This document shows positions 39,183-49,154 of a stretch of 64,000 bases of DNA, one piece after another; positions within the stretch are counted from its first letter, which is position 1, and the number at the start of each line of letters is the position of its first letter. The position numbers and the translations under genes are program-made. The notes under the pieces were generated by a model. It worked only from the letters and a program-made list of their open reading frames with translations, did not search any database and was not told the DNA's origin. The stretch is taken from positions 70,990 through 134,989 of the forward strand of contig CANPMT010000001.1 of assembly GCA_947575235.1 (NCBI GenBank). The letters are read 5' to 3'. Origin of the DNA: an uncultured Porphyromonadaceae bacterium. GTDB taxonomy: Bacteria; Bacteroidota; Bacteroidia; Bacteroidales; Muribaculaceae.

Positions 39183-40781
39183 TCACACGTGGTGGGCTAC
39201 GGCGGCCTCCTCCACGGGGAGCGACTTGAGGTAGCTCTCGATGTAGGCGTTGAAGCCGGCTACATCCTCCTCTGTCGGGGAGATGCTCAAGCCGGTGTTC
39301 CCTCCGAATACCTCCATCTCAAGATAGTCGGCCAAGTTGCGATGGTTGACATTGTTGACCATGTAACCGGCCAAGAGTGCCATACCCCAGGCTCCACCCT
39401 CGCCAGCTGTCTCCATTACGGAGATGGGCGAGTTGAGCGCGGCTGCAAGGATACGCTGCCCTACTCCGGGTGTCTTGAAGAGTCCACCGTGACCGGTGAT
39501 ACGGTCTACCTTGATCTTCTCGTCGTTGAAGAGGATGTCGTTGCCAATCTTCAGACAGGCAACTGCGGCATGAAGGTTGGCCCGCATGAAGTTGGCAAGA
39601 GTGAAACGGTTACCTACCGTACGTATTACCAACGGACGACCCTCTGCCAACCCGGTGATAGGCTCTCCGGAGAAGTAGTTGTAGGAAAGCACTCCGCCAC
39701 AGTCAGGATCTCCCTTCAGGGCATTGTTGTAAAGCTTGCCGTAGATCTCGTTCATGTCAACCTCAACTCCGAGCAGTTCAGTAAACTCACGGAAGAGACC
39801 TACCCAGGCATTGAGGTCGGATGTGCAGTTGTTGCAATGCACCATGGCCACAAGACTGCCGTCGGGAGTCGTAACCATATCGATCATCTCATAGGGCTTG
39901 CTCAACTCCTTCTCAAGCACAATCATTGAGAAGGATGATGTGCCGGCCGACACGTTACCGGTGCGCTGCTTCACAGCGTTGGTGGCAACCATGCCGGTGC
40001 CTGCGTCACCCTCGGGAGGACATACAGGCACACCTGCCTTCAGATTGCCGGAGATGTCGAGGCGTTTCGCACCCTCCTCTGTAAGCGTGCCGGCATTCTC
40101 TCCGGCAAGCTTGATCTTGGGAAGAATCTCCTCGAGCTTCCAGCTATAACCCTTGTCGGCTACAAGATGGTCAAACTTCTCGACCATCTTCGCTGAATAA
40201 TTCTTGGTCTCGGGGTCAACGGGAATCATACCGCTGCCATCACCTATGCCGATTACCTTCTCACCGGTAAGCTGCCAGTGGATGTAGCCTGCAAGTGTGG
40301 TTATGAAATCAATCTCGCTCACATGCTCCTCACCGTTGAGGATGGCCTGATAGAGATGCGAGATGCTCCAGCGGAGCGGGATGTTGTATTCGAAAAGCTC
40401 GGAAAGTATCTTGGCTGCCTCTCCGGTGTTGGTGTTGCGCCAGGTGCGGAAGGGTGCCAACATATTCCCCTCTTTGTCGAAGGGCATATAGCCGTGCATC
40501 ATCGCGCTCACGCCAATGGCTGCCAGCTCGGTAAGCTCAACGCCATACTGCGATTTCACATTCTCGCGCAGGTCGCGGTAGCAGTCCTGCACACCAAACC
40601 AGATTGCCTCCAGACTGTAGGTCCACAGACCGTTCACAAGCTGGTTCTCCCATTCATGGCTACCCTGGGCTATGGGGTTGTTGTTCTCGTCGATGAGAAC
40701 AGCCTTGATACGGGTAGAGCCAAACTCTATGCCGAGGATGGCTTTACCCGATTCGATGGTTGCTTTTGCTTTTTCAGGCAT
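39183..40781 (-). CDS. araB: L-ribulokinase (FGGY family)
   Basis: [36 protein letters not shown]; lies in the ara operon; ATG 40781 preferred. Confidence 0.9.
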   Translation of the reverse strand: MPEKAKATIESGKAILGIEFGSTRIKAVLIDENNNPIAQGSHEWENQLVNGLWTYSLEAIWFGVQDCYRDLRENVKSQYGVELTELAAIGVSAMMHGYMPFDKEGNMLAPFRTWRNTNTGEAAKILSELFEYNIPLRWSISHLYQAILNGEEHVSEIDFITTLAGYIHWQLTGEKVIGIGDGSGMIPVDPETKNYSAKMVEKFDHLVADKGYSWKLEEILPKIKLAGENAGTLTEEGAKRLDISGNLKAGVPVCPPEGDAGTGMVATNAVKQRTGNVSAGTSSFSMIVLEKELSKPYEMIDMVTTPDGSLVAMVHCNNCTSDLNAWVGLFREFTELLGVEVDMNEIYGKLYNNALKGDPDCGGVLSYNYFSGEPITGLAEGRPLVIRTVGNRFTLANFMRANLHAAVACLKIGNDILFNDEKIKVDRITGHGGLFKTPGVGQRILAAALNSPISVMETAGEGGAWGMALLAGYMVNNVNHRNLADYLEMEVFGGNTGLSISPTEEDVAGFNAYIESYLKSLPVEEAAVAHHV

Positions 40782-40792
40782 GACGCGGGAAT

Positions 40793-42322
40793 TTAGCAAA
40801 GTGACTTGTTGAGCATGTAGTATACCTCATTCCAGCGGAGCGAATCCTTGAATGCCGGAATTGTGGTGTGGGCGTTGATGTGTGCCATCTCGATACCTGC
40901 GATCTCGGCATAGTCCTCCCAATATTCGGGGGTGAGCTCGTAAGAGAAGCAGGAGTGGTGTGTTCCACCTGCGAGAATCCAGGCAGCTGCGCCTGTCTCG
41001 AAGTTGGGCATAGGAATCCAGAGAGCGGAAGCCACCGGGAGCTTGGGAAGGGGTTTCGACTTGATGCACTCAACGTCGTTGGCGATCAGACGGAAACGGT
41101 TGCCGAGGTCAACCACAGTGGCAGTGATGCCGGGCTGCGGACGAGATGTGAACACGAGACGTGCGGTGAGGCTCTTGCGGATACCGATTCCGAGGAAGTG
41201 AACCTCCAGACGGGGTTTCTCCTCAGCGATGAGCGGACATACCTCAAGCATGTGTGCCTGGAGGATAGAGCTCTTCTCGCCGTCGAAGTTGAGGGTGTAA
41301 TCCTCAAGGAATGAGCAACCCTTACCCTCCGACATCACCCATACAGTGCGGTAGAGGGCAGCGCTCTTCCAGTCGCCCTCTGCGCCGAAGCCATAACCCT
41401 CGGCCATGAGACGCTGTGAGGCAAGACCCGGAATCTGGTCGAAACCTACAAACTTGGGATCGTTGATATCGGCTGTGCCGAGGTCGTCGAAGTTGGTTGT
41501 GAAGCCCTTCGCGCCCTTGGCGGTGAGGATGGCGCGGAGAGTAAGCTCGGCATGTGCGGCGTTCCAGATCTTCTTGTAACCCTCTGAAGCGGGATCCTTG
41601 AGGTCGTCAGCCACTACATACTCGTTGAAGTAAGTCTCCACGAGAGCCTTGATATCCTCCTCCTTGATTTTCTTATGATACTCCATGAGCTCGCTCACCG
41701 GAGTGTAGTCAACATGATAGCCGAGACGCTGTTCAGCCTCAACCTTGTCGCCGTCGGTAACGGCCACATTGTTCATCTGGTCGCCGAAACGGAGAATTAG
41801 GCAATCCTGAGAGTCAGCCCATGCCACAGCCACGCGCTCCCATACGGCAATCTTCTTCTGAGCCTCGGGATCAGTCCAGTGACCTACGACCACCTTGCGA
41901 CGGATACGCATACGGGTGCAGATATGGCCGAACTCACGGTCGCCATGGGCGCTCTGGTTGAGGTTCATGAAGTCCATATCCATGTCGTTCCATGGAATCT
42001 CGGCGTTATACTGTGTGTGGAAATGGAGCAGAGGTTTGTTGAGCTGCTGCAGACCGCGGATCCACATCTTCGCGGGAGAGAATGTGTGCATCCAGGTTAT
42101 CACACCCGCACACTTGGGGTCGTTGTTGGCAGCGAGCATGATCTCGCTTACCTCTTTCGAGGAGTTGGCTGTGCCTTTATATACAACTTTCACGGGGAGG
42201 TTGCCTGACTTGTTGAGGCCGTCCACCATCTCACGTGAATGAGCGTCTACTTTCACTACGGCATCGCCTCCGTAAAGGAGCTGGGCGCCGGTTACCCACC
42301 AGATTTCATAATTCTCAAACAT
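40793..42322 (-). CDS. araA: L-arabinose isomerase
   Basis: [41 protein letters not shown]. Confidence 0.97.
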   Translation of the reverse strand: MFENYEIWWVTGAQLLYGGDAVVKVDAHSREMVDGLNKSGNLPVKVVYKGTANSSKEVSEIMLAANNDPKCAGVITWMHTFSPAKMWIRGLQQLNKPLLHFHTQYNAEIPWNDMDMDFMNLNQSAHGDREFGHICTRMRIRRKVVVGHWTDPEAQKKIAVWERVAVAWADSQDCLILRFGDQMNNVAVTDGDKVEAEQRLGYHVDYTPVSELMEYHKKIKEEDIKALVETYFNEYVVADDLKDPASEGYKKIWNAAHAELTLRAILTAKGAKGFTTNFDDLGTADINDPKFVGFDQIPGLASQRLMAEGYGFGAEGDWKSAALYRTVWVMSEGKGCSFLEDYTLNFDGEKSSILQAHMLEVCPLIAEEKPRLEVHFLGIGIRKSLTARLVFTSRPQPGITATVVDLGNRFRLIANDVECIKSKPLPKLPVASALWIPMPNFETGAAAWILAGGTHHSCFSYELTPEYWEDYAEIAGIEMAHINAHTTIPAFKDSLRWNEVYYMLNKSLC

Positions 42323-42398
42323 GGTTGTTAGCTTTATGAGGATTTAACTGAATTATTATCTTATTTGACTTTGTCGGTTAGTTGTTATGTCGCCTTAT

Positions 42399-43088
42399 TT
42401 ATTTCTGACCGTAATAGGCGTTGGGGCCATGCTTGCGGTTGAAGTGCTTCTCAACCAGCAGGGGGTTCATCGTAAGCTGTGGATTGATGGTGAAGGCTAT
42501 GAACGCCATCTTCGCCACCTGCTCCAGCACAACGGCGTTGTGTACAGCCTCGTGCGGGTCCTTGCCCCATGTGAAGGGGCCATGGTTGCTTACCAGCACA
42601 CCCGGGGTATGCACGGGGTTGAGCCCCTTGAATGTCTCCACAATCACGTTACCCGTCTCCAGCTCATAGTCACCCTTGACCTCTGTCTCTGTCATGGGTC
42701 GGGTGCAGGGCACCGCGTCATGGAAATAGTCGGCATGAGTTGTCCCGATGTTGGGAAGGTCCTTGCCGGTCTGCGCCCACGCTGTGGCGAAGGTTGAATG
42801 GGTATGCACCACACCGCCGATTTCAGGGAATGCGCGGTAGAGGGCGAGATGTGTGGGGGTGTCGGATGATGGTTTGAGGGTGCCTTCCACCACCTTGCCG
42901 GTGGCGAGGTCAACCACTACCATATCCTCGGGCTTCATGTTGTCGTAGCTTACGCCGGAGGGCTTGATTACCACGAGACCCTTCTCACGGTCAATGCCGG
43001 AGACATTGCCCCAGGTGAAGATCACCAGGCCATGGGCCACGAGTTCGAGGTTAGCGTCGCAAACCTCTTTTTTCAACTGTTCAAGCAT
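42399..43088 (-). CDS. araD: L-ribulose-5-phosphate 4-epimerase
   Basis: [40 protein letters not shown]. Confidence 0.97.
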   Translation of the reverse strand: MLEQLKKEVCDANLELVAHGLVIFTWGNVSGIDREKGLVVIKPSGVSYDNMKPEDMVVVDLATGKVVEGTLKPSSDTPTHLALYRAFPEIGGVVHTHSTFATAWAQTGKDLPNIGTTHADYFHDAVPCTRPMTETEVKGDYELETGNVIVETFKGLNPVHTPGVLVSNHGPFTWGKDPHEAVHNAVVLEQVAKMAFIAFTINPQLTMNPLLVEKHFNRKHGPNAYYGQK

Positions 43089-43111
43089 ATCTTATGATAT
43101 TGTTATCAGGT

Positions 43112-43768
43112 TTAATTCTGTATGTAATGATAGAGCCGCGCTCCCCGTTTCGACGATTCCTTGTCGATAAGGTCAGTCTGCTCCACCCCGGGAATCTCCG
43201 CTATGCGTTTGCGGAAGTTCCGTTTATCGAGTTCCTTTCCGGTCACTGTCTCCACGAGTGTCTGGAGCTGGGTGAGTGTGAAAAACTCCGGAAGGAGATT
43301 GAATGCCAGGGCATCGGCCAATATCTTGCGTCGCATCACCGACAGAGCCTGCCGTATCATCAGGGGATGGTCGAAACCGAGCTCAGGAAGATCGTCTACA
43401 TCAACCCATACGGCCTTATGGGCATTTACCTCACCCATATCGACATCCTGCATGTTGAGCAACGCGAAATATGCCACTGATATAACCCTCGCGCCCGGGT
43501 CACGGTCAATCTCGCCGAAGGCACCTATCTGCCGGATGAAGACGTTGTCGAGTCCGGTAAGATCGCGGAGCACCCTCTGGGCTGCCTCATCGACACTCTC
43601 GTTGTTGCCGACGAAACCACCTATGAGCGACCATTTACCCTTTTCAGGTTCAAAATCCCTCTTTACCAACAGAACATTCAGTCTGTCATGATTCACGGCG
43701 AAGATTATGCAGTCGACGCCCACATGAAACTTCGGGACTGAACTGTAGGCATGATTTTGAGTTGTCAT
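43112..43768 (-). CDS. araR: NUDIX-wHTH (NrtR-family) arabinose regulator
   Basis: VDCIIF, WSLIGGFV, DRDPGARVIS, FDH, FTLTQLQ, DKRNFRK; embedded in the ara operon. Confidence 0.88.
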   Translation of the reverse strand: MTTQNHAYSSVPKFHVGVDCIIFAVNHDRLNVLLVKRDFEPEKGKWSLIGGFVGNNESVDEAAQRVLRDLTGLDNVFIRQIGAFGEIDRDPGARVISVAYFALLNMQDVDMGEVNAHKAVWVDVDDLPELGFDHPLMIRQALSVMRRKILADALAFNLLPEFFTLTQLQTLVETVTGKELDKRNFRKRIAEIPGVEQTDLIDKESSKRGARLYHYIQN

Positions 43769-43810
43769 AACTTAAAACGATGTTTACAGAATAGTAGTTG
43801 AGGAGGGACT

Positions 43811-43865
43811 GGTTATCTTACCGTTATTTAACGGTTGCTCAACCGTAGCCAACGGTAAGATAACC
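43811..43865. repeat. Long nested hairpin between the symporter and araR
   Basis: Perfect 15-bp arms ggttatcttaccgtt/aacggtaagataacc enclosing acggtt-gctc-aaccgt. Confidence 0.75.
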
Positions 43866-43881
43866 CTCTTTAACAAACTGT

Positions 43882-45561
43882 TTACCAGAAGTAGATATAG
43901 AACGCTACGGTTATGCCCAAGATGATGATGGAGTTGAGCACATCCCAGCCGTTCCAGCTCTGGCGTGTGGCCAGACGCTGCTCGGGTGTCGACGTTCCGA
44001 ACACCAGACCCTGTATCTTGGCCGGATCCGGAGCCTTTGTGCAGAGACTCACAACAAACACCACTGCAAGGCAGAAGAGGAGCATCCATCCGCAGAAGAA
44101 GAGCCAGTTGCAGTCGAAGAAGAGGTATTTGAACCAGTTGTCGGCAGGCTCAACTGCGTTGCTGTAGAATATCTTCGCGCCAAGACGGGTGCAACCGATG
44201 ATAAGACCTGAGAGAAGACCCCACATACCACCCTGGGCTGAGGTGCGTTTCCACACGATACCCATGAGGAAGGCCGAGGCGATACCCGGAGCAAGAACCG
44301 ATTGCACATCCTGCAGATAGAGATAGAGCACATCGCCGACCGAACGCATCACCGGAATCCAGAGGATACCGAGAATCACAATCACCACTGTGGCAGCCTG
44401 GCCGATTGCAACAAGCTTCTTCTGAGGTGTGTTGGGACGGAAACGCTGATAGAAGTCGATGGTGAACAGTGCGGAAGATGAGTTGAAGAGCGAAGCCAAT
44501 GAGCTCATGAGGGCGGCGAGGATACCGCACACAATCAGACCCTTCACACCGGCGGGGAGCAGCTTGGCCACCAGTGTCGGGAAAGCAGCGTCGCTGTTGG
44601 GCATGCCGCTGGGGAGCATCGGAAGGAATGAACCCATTTTCTGATGCAGAGCGAAGGCGATCATACCGGGGATAAGGAAGAGGAATACAGGGAGAAGCTT
44701 GAGGTAAGCGCCAAAGATGGTACCGCGGCGGGCCTCCTTCTCATTCTTGCCTGAAAGCACACGCTGTACGATGAACTGGTCGGTACACCAGTACCAGAAA
44801 CCGATTACAGCTGAGCCGATAAGGGCACCGAGCCAGGGATACTGGCCGTCGCGGTTGTCGCGGATAAGATTTGTCATGGTGTCGCCATACTCATTCACCT
44901 CTACGGCAGAGCAGATGCGCATCATCTCATCCCAGCCGCCAAGTTCCTTCAGACCGAGTACGAGGATAATGATTGAACCGAGCAGAAGGATCGGTGTCTG
45001 CAGAATTGAGGTGTAGAGCACCGATTTCATACCGCCGATGATGGTATAGACTGCGGTAATGAGCACAAGACCTACAGCTGCAATCCAGAAGAAGTCGATG
45101 CCCCAGAGTGTGTCGATGCCGAACACCTGCTGGAACACGAGGCCGCCGGCATAGACTGTCACAGCCACCTTGGTGAGCACGTAGCTGATCAGCGAGATTA
45201 CAGAGAGGATGGTACGCGACTGCGGGTTGAAACGACGCTCGAGGAACTCAGGCATTGTGATTACCATCGAACGTGTGTAGAACGGCACAAACACCCAGCC
45301 GAGAAGCAGGATCATCCAGCCCTGGATCTCCCAGTGGGCCATGGCCATACCGCTTGATGCGCCGGAGCCGGCAAGACCGATAAGATGCTCCGAACCGATA
45401 TTGGACGCGAAAATCGACGCACCGATTGCAATCCAGGTAGCGTCCTTACCACCCAAGAAGTAGTCGGCCGCGTTGTTTTGTTTCTGACGCATCACCCACC
45501 AGATGATGGCAATGAGCGCCAAGGCGAATAGTCCGACGACTATCCAGTCTAAGGTATGCAT
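43882..45561 (-). CDS. Sodium:solute symporter (probable arabinose permease)
   Basis: YFLGG, SNIGSEHLIGLAG, TMPEFLERRF, WYWCTDQ..VQR, AALMSSL. Confidence 0.92.
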   Translation of the reverse strand: MHTLDWIVVGLFALALIAIIWWVMRQKQNNAADYFLGGKDATWIAIGASIFASNIGSEHLIGLAGSGASSGMAMAHWEIQGWMILLLGWVFVPFYTRSMVITMPEFLERRFNPQSRTILSVISLISYVLTKVAVTVYAGGLVFQQVFGIDTLWGIDFFWIAAVGLVLITAVYTIIGGMKSVLYTSILQTPILLLGSIIILVLGLKELGGWDEMMRICSAVEVNEYGDTMTNLIRDNRDGQYPWLGALIGSAVIGFWYWCTDQFIVQRVLSGKNEKEARRGTIFGAYLKLLPVFLFLIPGMIAFALHQKMGSFLPMLPSGMPNSDAAFPTLVAKLLPAGVKGLIVCGILAALMSSLASLFNSSSALFTIDFYQRFRPNTPQKKLVAIGQAATVVIVILGILWIPVMRSVGDVLYLYLQDVQSVLAPGIASAFLMGIVWKRTSAQGGMWGLLSGLIIGCTRLGAKIFYSNAVEPADNWFKYLFFDCNWLFFCGWMLLFCLAVVFVVSLCTKAPDPAKIQGLVFGTSTPEQRLATRQSWNGWDVLNSIIILGITVAFYIYFW

Positions 45562-45604
45562 AATTGTTAGGTTTTAAAGGTATTATGGTAGTTAGTTGAA
45601 AAGA

Positions 45605-46768
45605 TTACTGCTTAACCGAGAATTTATATATGCACTCCGAATTGTAGGTCTCGCCCGGGTTGAGACGAATGCTCGGCCACTGCGGCTTGTTGGGGCTGTC
45701 GGGATAGTGCTGGGTCTCGAGGCAGATGGCGTCATGCTGCTGATATACCTTTCCCTTCTTTCCTGTCACTGAACCGTCAAGGAAGTTGCCGGAATAGATC
45801 TGGATGCCGGGCTCGTTGGTGTAGACATCCATCTGGATTCCGCTCGTGGGGCTGTAGAGACTGGCGGCGAGGGTGTTGATGTCGCAGTTGTTGTCAAGCA
45901 CGAAGTTATGGTCGTAGCCATTGCCGTTCTTGATCTGCTCGTTTGAGAAGTCTTTTATATGCGTACCCAACTGAGAGGGTGTGCGGAAGTCGAAAGGTGT
46001 GCCCTCAACCGAGGCTATCTCGCCGGTGGTCATATAAGTTGAATCAACCGGTGTGTAACCTGAAGCCACAACCTGCAGGAGGTTGTCGGTGACGGGATGG
46101 GAGGGATCGCCCGAGAGGTTGAAATAAGAATGGTTGGTGAGATTTACAATAGTGGGCTTGTCGGTAGTGGCGCTATACTTGATGTCGAGCGCATTGTCAT
46201 TGCGCAGAGTGTAGGTCACCACAGCTGTGAGATTACCCGGGAACTTGTTGTCGCCGTCGGGCGATTTCATTGTCAGTTCCAGAGTGGAGTCATTGAGCTG
46301 GCGAGCCTGATACACACGGTATTGCCAGCCATAGTCGCCAAGTTCTCCGCCACCGTGGAGGCAATGGCCGAAGTTATTGCGGGGCAACTGGATGGTGTCG
46401 CCGTCGATAACAAACTGTCCCTGGTTGATACGGTTGGCGTAGCGGCCGATCGATGCACCGAAATCGGAGAGATTGTTCTCGGGGAAGTAAGCCTGCACGC
46501 TGTCGAAACCGAGCACGACATCCTGCATCTTGCCGTTTTTATCGGCCACCATCAGCGACACAAGGCGTCCGCCGAAGTTGGTGATGCACGCCTCGGTGCC
46601 TTTCTCGTTAGTGAGAGTGTAGAGGGCTGTAGAGTCGCCTCTGTACTCAGCCTTGAAATTCTCGGGGTTCAACCCTGACTTTGTAAGCTTCGCTGTGTCA
46701 TGGCCTGTGCCGCATGCGCCTAACGCCAACAGCATTCCCAGGCCTGCTGCAATGGGAAGTTGTTTCAT
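45605..46768 (-). CDS. Aldose 1-epimerase (mutarotase), lipoprotein
   Basis: Lipobox LGAC; GRYANRI, HCLHGG, NLTNHSYFNL, GYDHN, CLETQHYPDSPN. Confidence 0.93.
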   Translation of the reverse strand: MKQLPIAAGLGMLLALGACGTGHDTAKLTKSGLNPENFKAEYRGDSTALYTLTNEKGTEACITNFGGRLVSLMVADKNGKMQDVVLGFDSVQAYFPENNLSDFGASIGRYANRINQGQFVIDGDTIQLPRNNFGHCLHGGGELGDYGWQYRVYQARQLNDSTLELTMKSPDGDNKFPGNLTAVVTYTLRNDNALDIKYSATTDKPTIVNLTNHSYFNLSGDPSHPVTDNLLQVVASGYTPVDSTYMTTGEIASVEGTPFDFRTPSQLGTHIKDFSNEQIKNGNGYDHNFVLDNNCDINTLAASLYSPTSGIQMDVYTNEPGIQIYSGNFLDGSVTGKKGKVYQQHDAICLETQHYPDSPNKPQWPSIRLNPGETYNSECIYKFSVKQ

Positions 46769-46837
46769 ATTGCTTGATGTTTAAGGTTATTCATCTTGCT
46801 GGTTTGTAGAAATCGCCTGTCATAGGTGCCATTCTGA

Positions 46838-46864
46838 TTTTGGGTGTAAAATTAACACTCAAAA
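46838..46864. promoter_or_regulatory. Putative AraR operator overlapping the ara promoter
   Basis: Near-palindrome ttttGGGTGTAAAATTAACACTCaaaa about 70 bp upstream of the first ara gene; includes a minus-strand TAATTTTA -7-like box. Confidence 0.75.
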
Positions 46865-47010
46865 ATTCGCCACCAAATTATTTTTATATGTTATAAAACA
46901 TATTTTTCAAATATCAGACTTATAGAACACCAAATCGGATATATTTACCAATCACTCACCCCCTTTCTCATCCTGTTTCCCTGCGAATTCTCCGGGATTG
47001 ACGCCAAACT

Positions 47011-47043
47011 TAAACACCTGCCTACATATATGCGGGCAGGTGT
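47011..47043 (-). terminator. Terminator of the metalloprotease gene
   Basis: acacctgcc-N12-ggcaggtgt with a T-rich tail on the minus strand. Confidence 0.65.
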
Positions 47044-47102
47044 CCTTCATTAACATTATCCTACGATCCGGTGTAAAGCTCATTTCTTAATTTGCATTTA
47101 CC

Positions 47103-48863
47103 TCAACAGCAATTGGCACAATTATATATTCTGAACCATAATATATATAAAGCACCATTGTATCTGTTAACTGCAACTGTTGCACCACAGTTAAATGTAT
47201 GTCCTCCTGCTGGCACTTTTACCAAAGCCTGATTCATTAGAGTAATATTGACATCTTCATTAGTAATGCCACATGCGTCTGAGAAATAGAACTGCACAGT
47301 ACTCTCCTTCAAAGCTTTTATTGTTTGTGTCACTCCTGAGATCGCAATGGTGCCACTACTATATACAGTCCCATCATACTTACTGCATACATATTTAAGC
47401 CGAGAGGAAGGTGAAGTAAACACTAAATTATAGGCAGTCACTGCAGGTGTGGCAAAAACGTATCCTTTGGAAGTTTTTCTTATTGCCTTAACTGAAAATC
47501 TCTGAGAATTAGTTGATGAAACCAATGAGGATAATGATATCTCCCTATCAGATAGAATGACACTCTTTGAAGTTGTCTGTGTAGAACTTGTATACGTGGT
47601 ATAATCAACCTTCCAACTAACATCTCCCTCCTCAGGAAAATTAGTTTTAAACAATGTGGTAGATTTAGCAGACTTTGGGCCTGTTATCGTGTATGGATAA
47701 AGCATGGTTCTTGAACTTCTCCAATCCGCGCTATTCGCAAGTACTTCATTCATTTTCTCCAACTGACCAGCAGTTACATTGGTTCGCAAATCTTTTCTAT
47801 TGTAACTCATCATGTTGTAGATATCTGGCTTATAGGCATCCCCATTTGCATCAACTCCAAAATCGCTACCGTCCCAGATACAAGGGTCTGCAGGTGTATC
47901 CCGAATACTATCACCTGCCACATCACTATTACTTCCATTTACCAATTCAGGGATTCCCCTTTCGTTATTTCCAGTTCCATGATGCGTATGATAGAGCCCT
48001 AATGCATGTCCAACTTCATGAGGTACCGTTGAGGCATTATTATAATATGCCAGATTTGTCACAACCTGTCTTCCTCCAATACTGATAGTTACCCCTGCTA
48101 CTCCTAAATATTTTACGGTTGTTTGTATAAAGATATCCAAACCATCATCATGCGCATATCTTTGGGTAAATGCAAAAATGTTTGAATAACTACTTTTATT
48201 GAATACTGAATTCATTATGAGGTTCAATCCCTTTCCGACAAAGGACAAACCGGTTTCTTTATAATATGAATTCAATTTTGAGATTACCTCCTCCTGCGCA
48301 TTTGGCAGCGATGTAACCATTCCTTCTCCAACTATAACATGCACATATACATTGATGCTATAATGATTGAACTCACGATTCTCAGAAGGGTATGGTGCTC
48401 GTGTCAGCGGAAGTACGGGATTGTCATTCAGCACTACGCAGTCTATGTCATCAATCTCCCTATTCTCAACCTCTTCAGCTGTCTGAATCTTGTAGGGGTT
48501 AATCTCAGAGACCTGAAGAATATATCTTCTGCTCTGCGAGACTTCCTCCGTCTCATTCTCCACAAGTTCATACTTACCTTGTATAAGGCATCCTTCCGTA
48601 TACTCTTCGTATGAAGTATCCCCATTCAGCACTTCCACATAGTCATCCTCCCCGAAAGGATTGTCATATCCCTCTGCAGGCACAAACAACCATCCGGTTC
48701 CTGACTCTGAGGGTCGCAGATAACCAACCAGGTCCATACCCTCTACTCCATTTACAATCTCTTGATTCCTCTCTGGCATTGTCTCTTCCGAGCAACCTGC
48801 AAATATGCAGCAACTCACAACCGAGAGAATGACACCAATACACACTCGAATAAAGTTTTTCAT
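47103..48863 (-). CDS. M43 (pappalysin-family) zinc metalloprotease, lipoprotein
   Basis: Lipobox FAG-C; HEVGHALGLYH zinc motif; GDSIRDTPADP; NMMSY Met-turn; AT-rich; ATG 48863 preferred; C-terminus probably frameshifted. Confidence 0.85.
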   Translation of the reverse strand: MKNFIRVCIGVILSVVSCCIFAGCSEETMPERNQEIVNGVEGMDLVGYLRPSESGTGWLFVPAEGYDNPFGEDDYVEVLNGDTSYEEYTEGCLIQGKYELVENETEEVSQSRRYILQVSEINPYKIQTAEEVENREIDDIDCVVLNDNPVLPLTRAPYPSENREFNHYSINVYVHVIVGEGMVTSLPNAQEEVISKLNSYYKETGLSFVGKGLNLIMNSVFNKSSYSNIFAFTQRYAHDDGLDIFIQTTVKYLGVAGVTISIGGRQVVTNLAYYNNASTVPHEVGHALGLYHTHHGTGNNERGIPELVNGSNSDVAGDSIRDTPADPCIWDGSDFGVDANGDAYKPDIYNMMSYNRKDLRTNVTAGQLEKMNEVLANSADWRSSRTMLYPYTITGPKSAKSTTLFKTNFPEEGDVSWKVDYTTYTSSTQTTSKSVILSDREISLSSLVSSTNSQRFSVKAIRKTSKGYVFATPAVTAYNLVFTSPSSRLKYVCSKYDGTVYSSGTIAISGVTQTIKALKESTVQFYFSDACGITNEDVNITLMNQALVKVPAGGHTFNCGATVAVNRYNGALYILWFRIYNCANCC

Positions 48864-49154
48864 CTCTTTTCTCGTTAGGTTATACAATAGGTTATTACAA
48901 TCTCTGTTAATATAGATAAAAACTATCTAATTAAACTTTTTCAAAGGCTTAGACAAATAGTTTACGGCCATTTATGCCGTCAGTGATTATTCAATGATTG
49001 AGAAGTAAAGTATTTAACTTACAAATACCGCCTTCACAATCTCAATATTTTCCGACAGCAAAAATAGGCATTATATTTTATAGTTACAAATAATTCTATA
49101 AATATTTTAATCAAAAACTGATTTTTTCAAACTTTAAACTAACGTTAACCTATA

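Noticed and set aside
49008-49026. Second AraR site upstream of GH127
   Set aside because: Only about 11 of 19 positions match and the palindromic GTGT/ACAC core is missing.
46870-49150. Target-site duplication or IS ends around the protease island
   Set aside because: Only short tttttcaaa matches, expected by chance in AT-rich DNA; no transposase or integrase.
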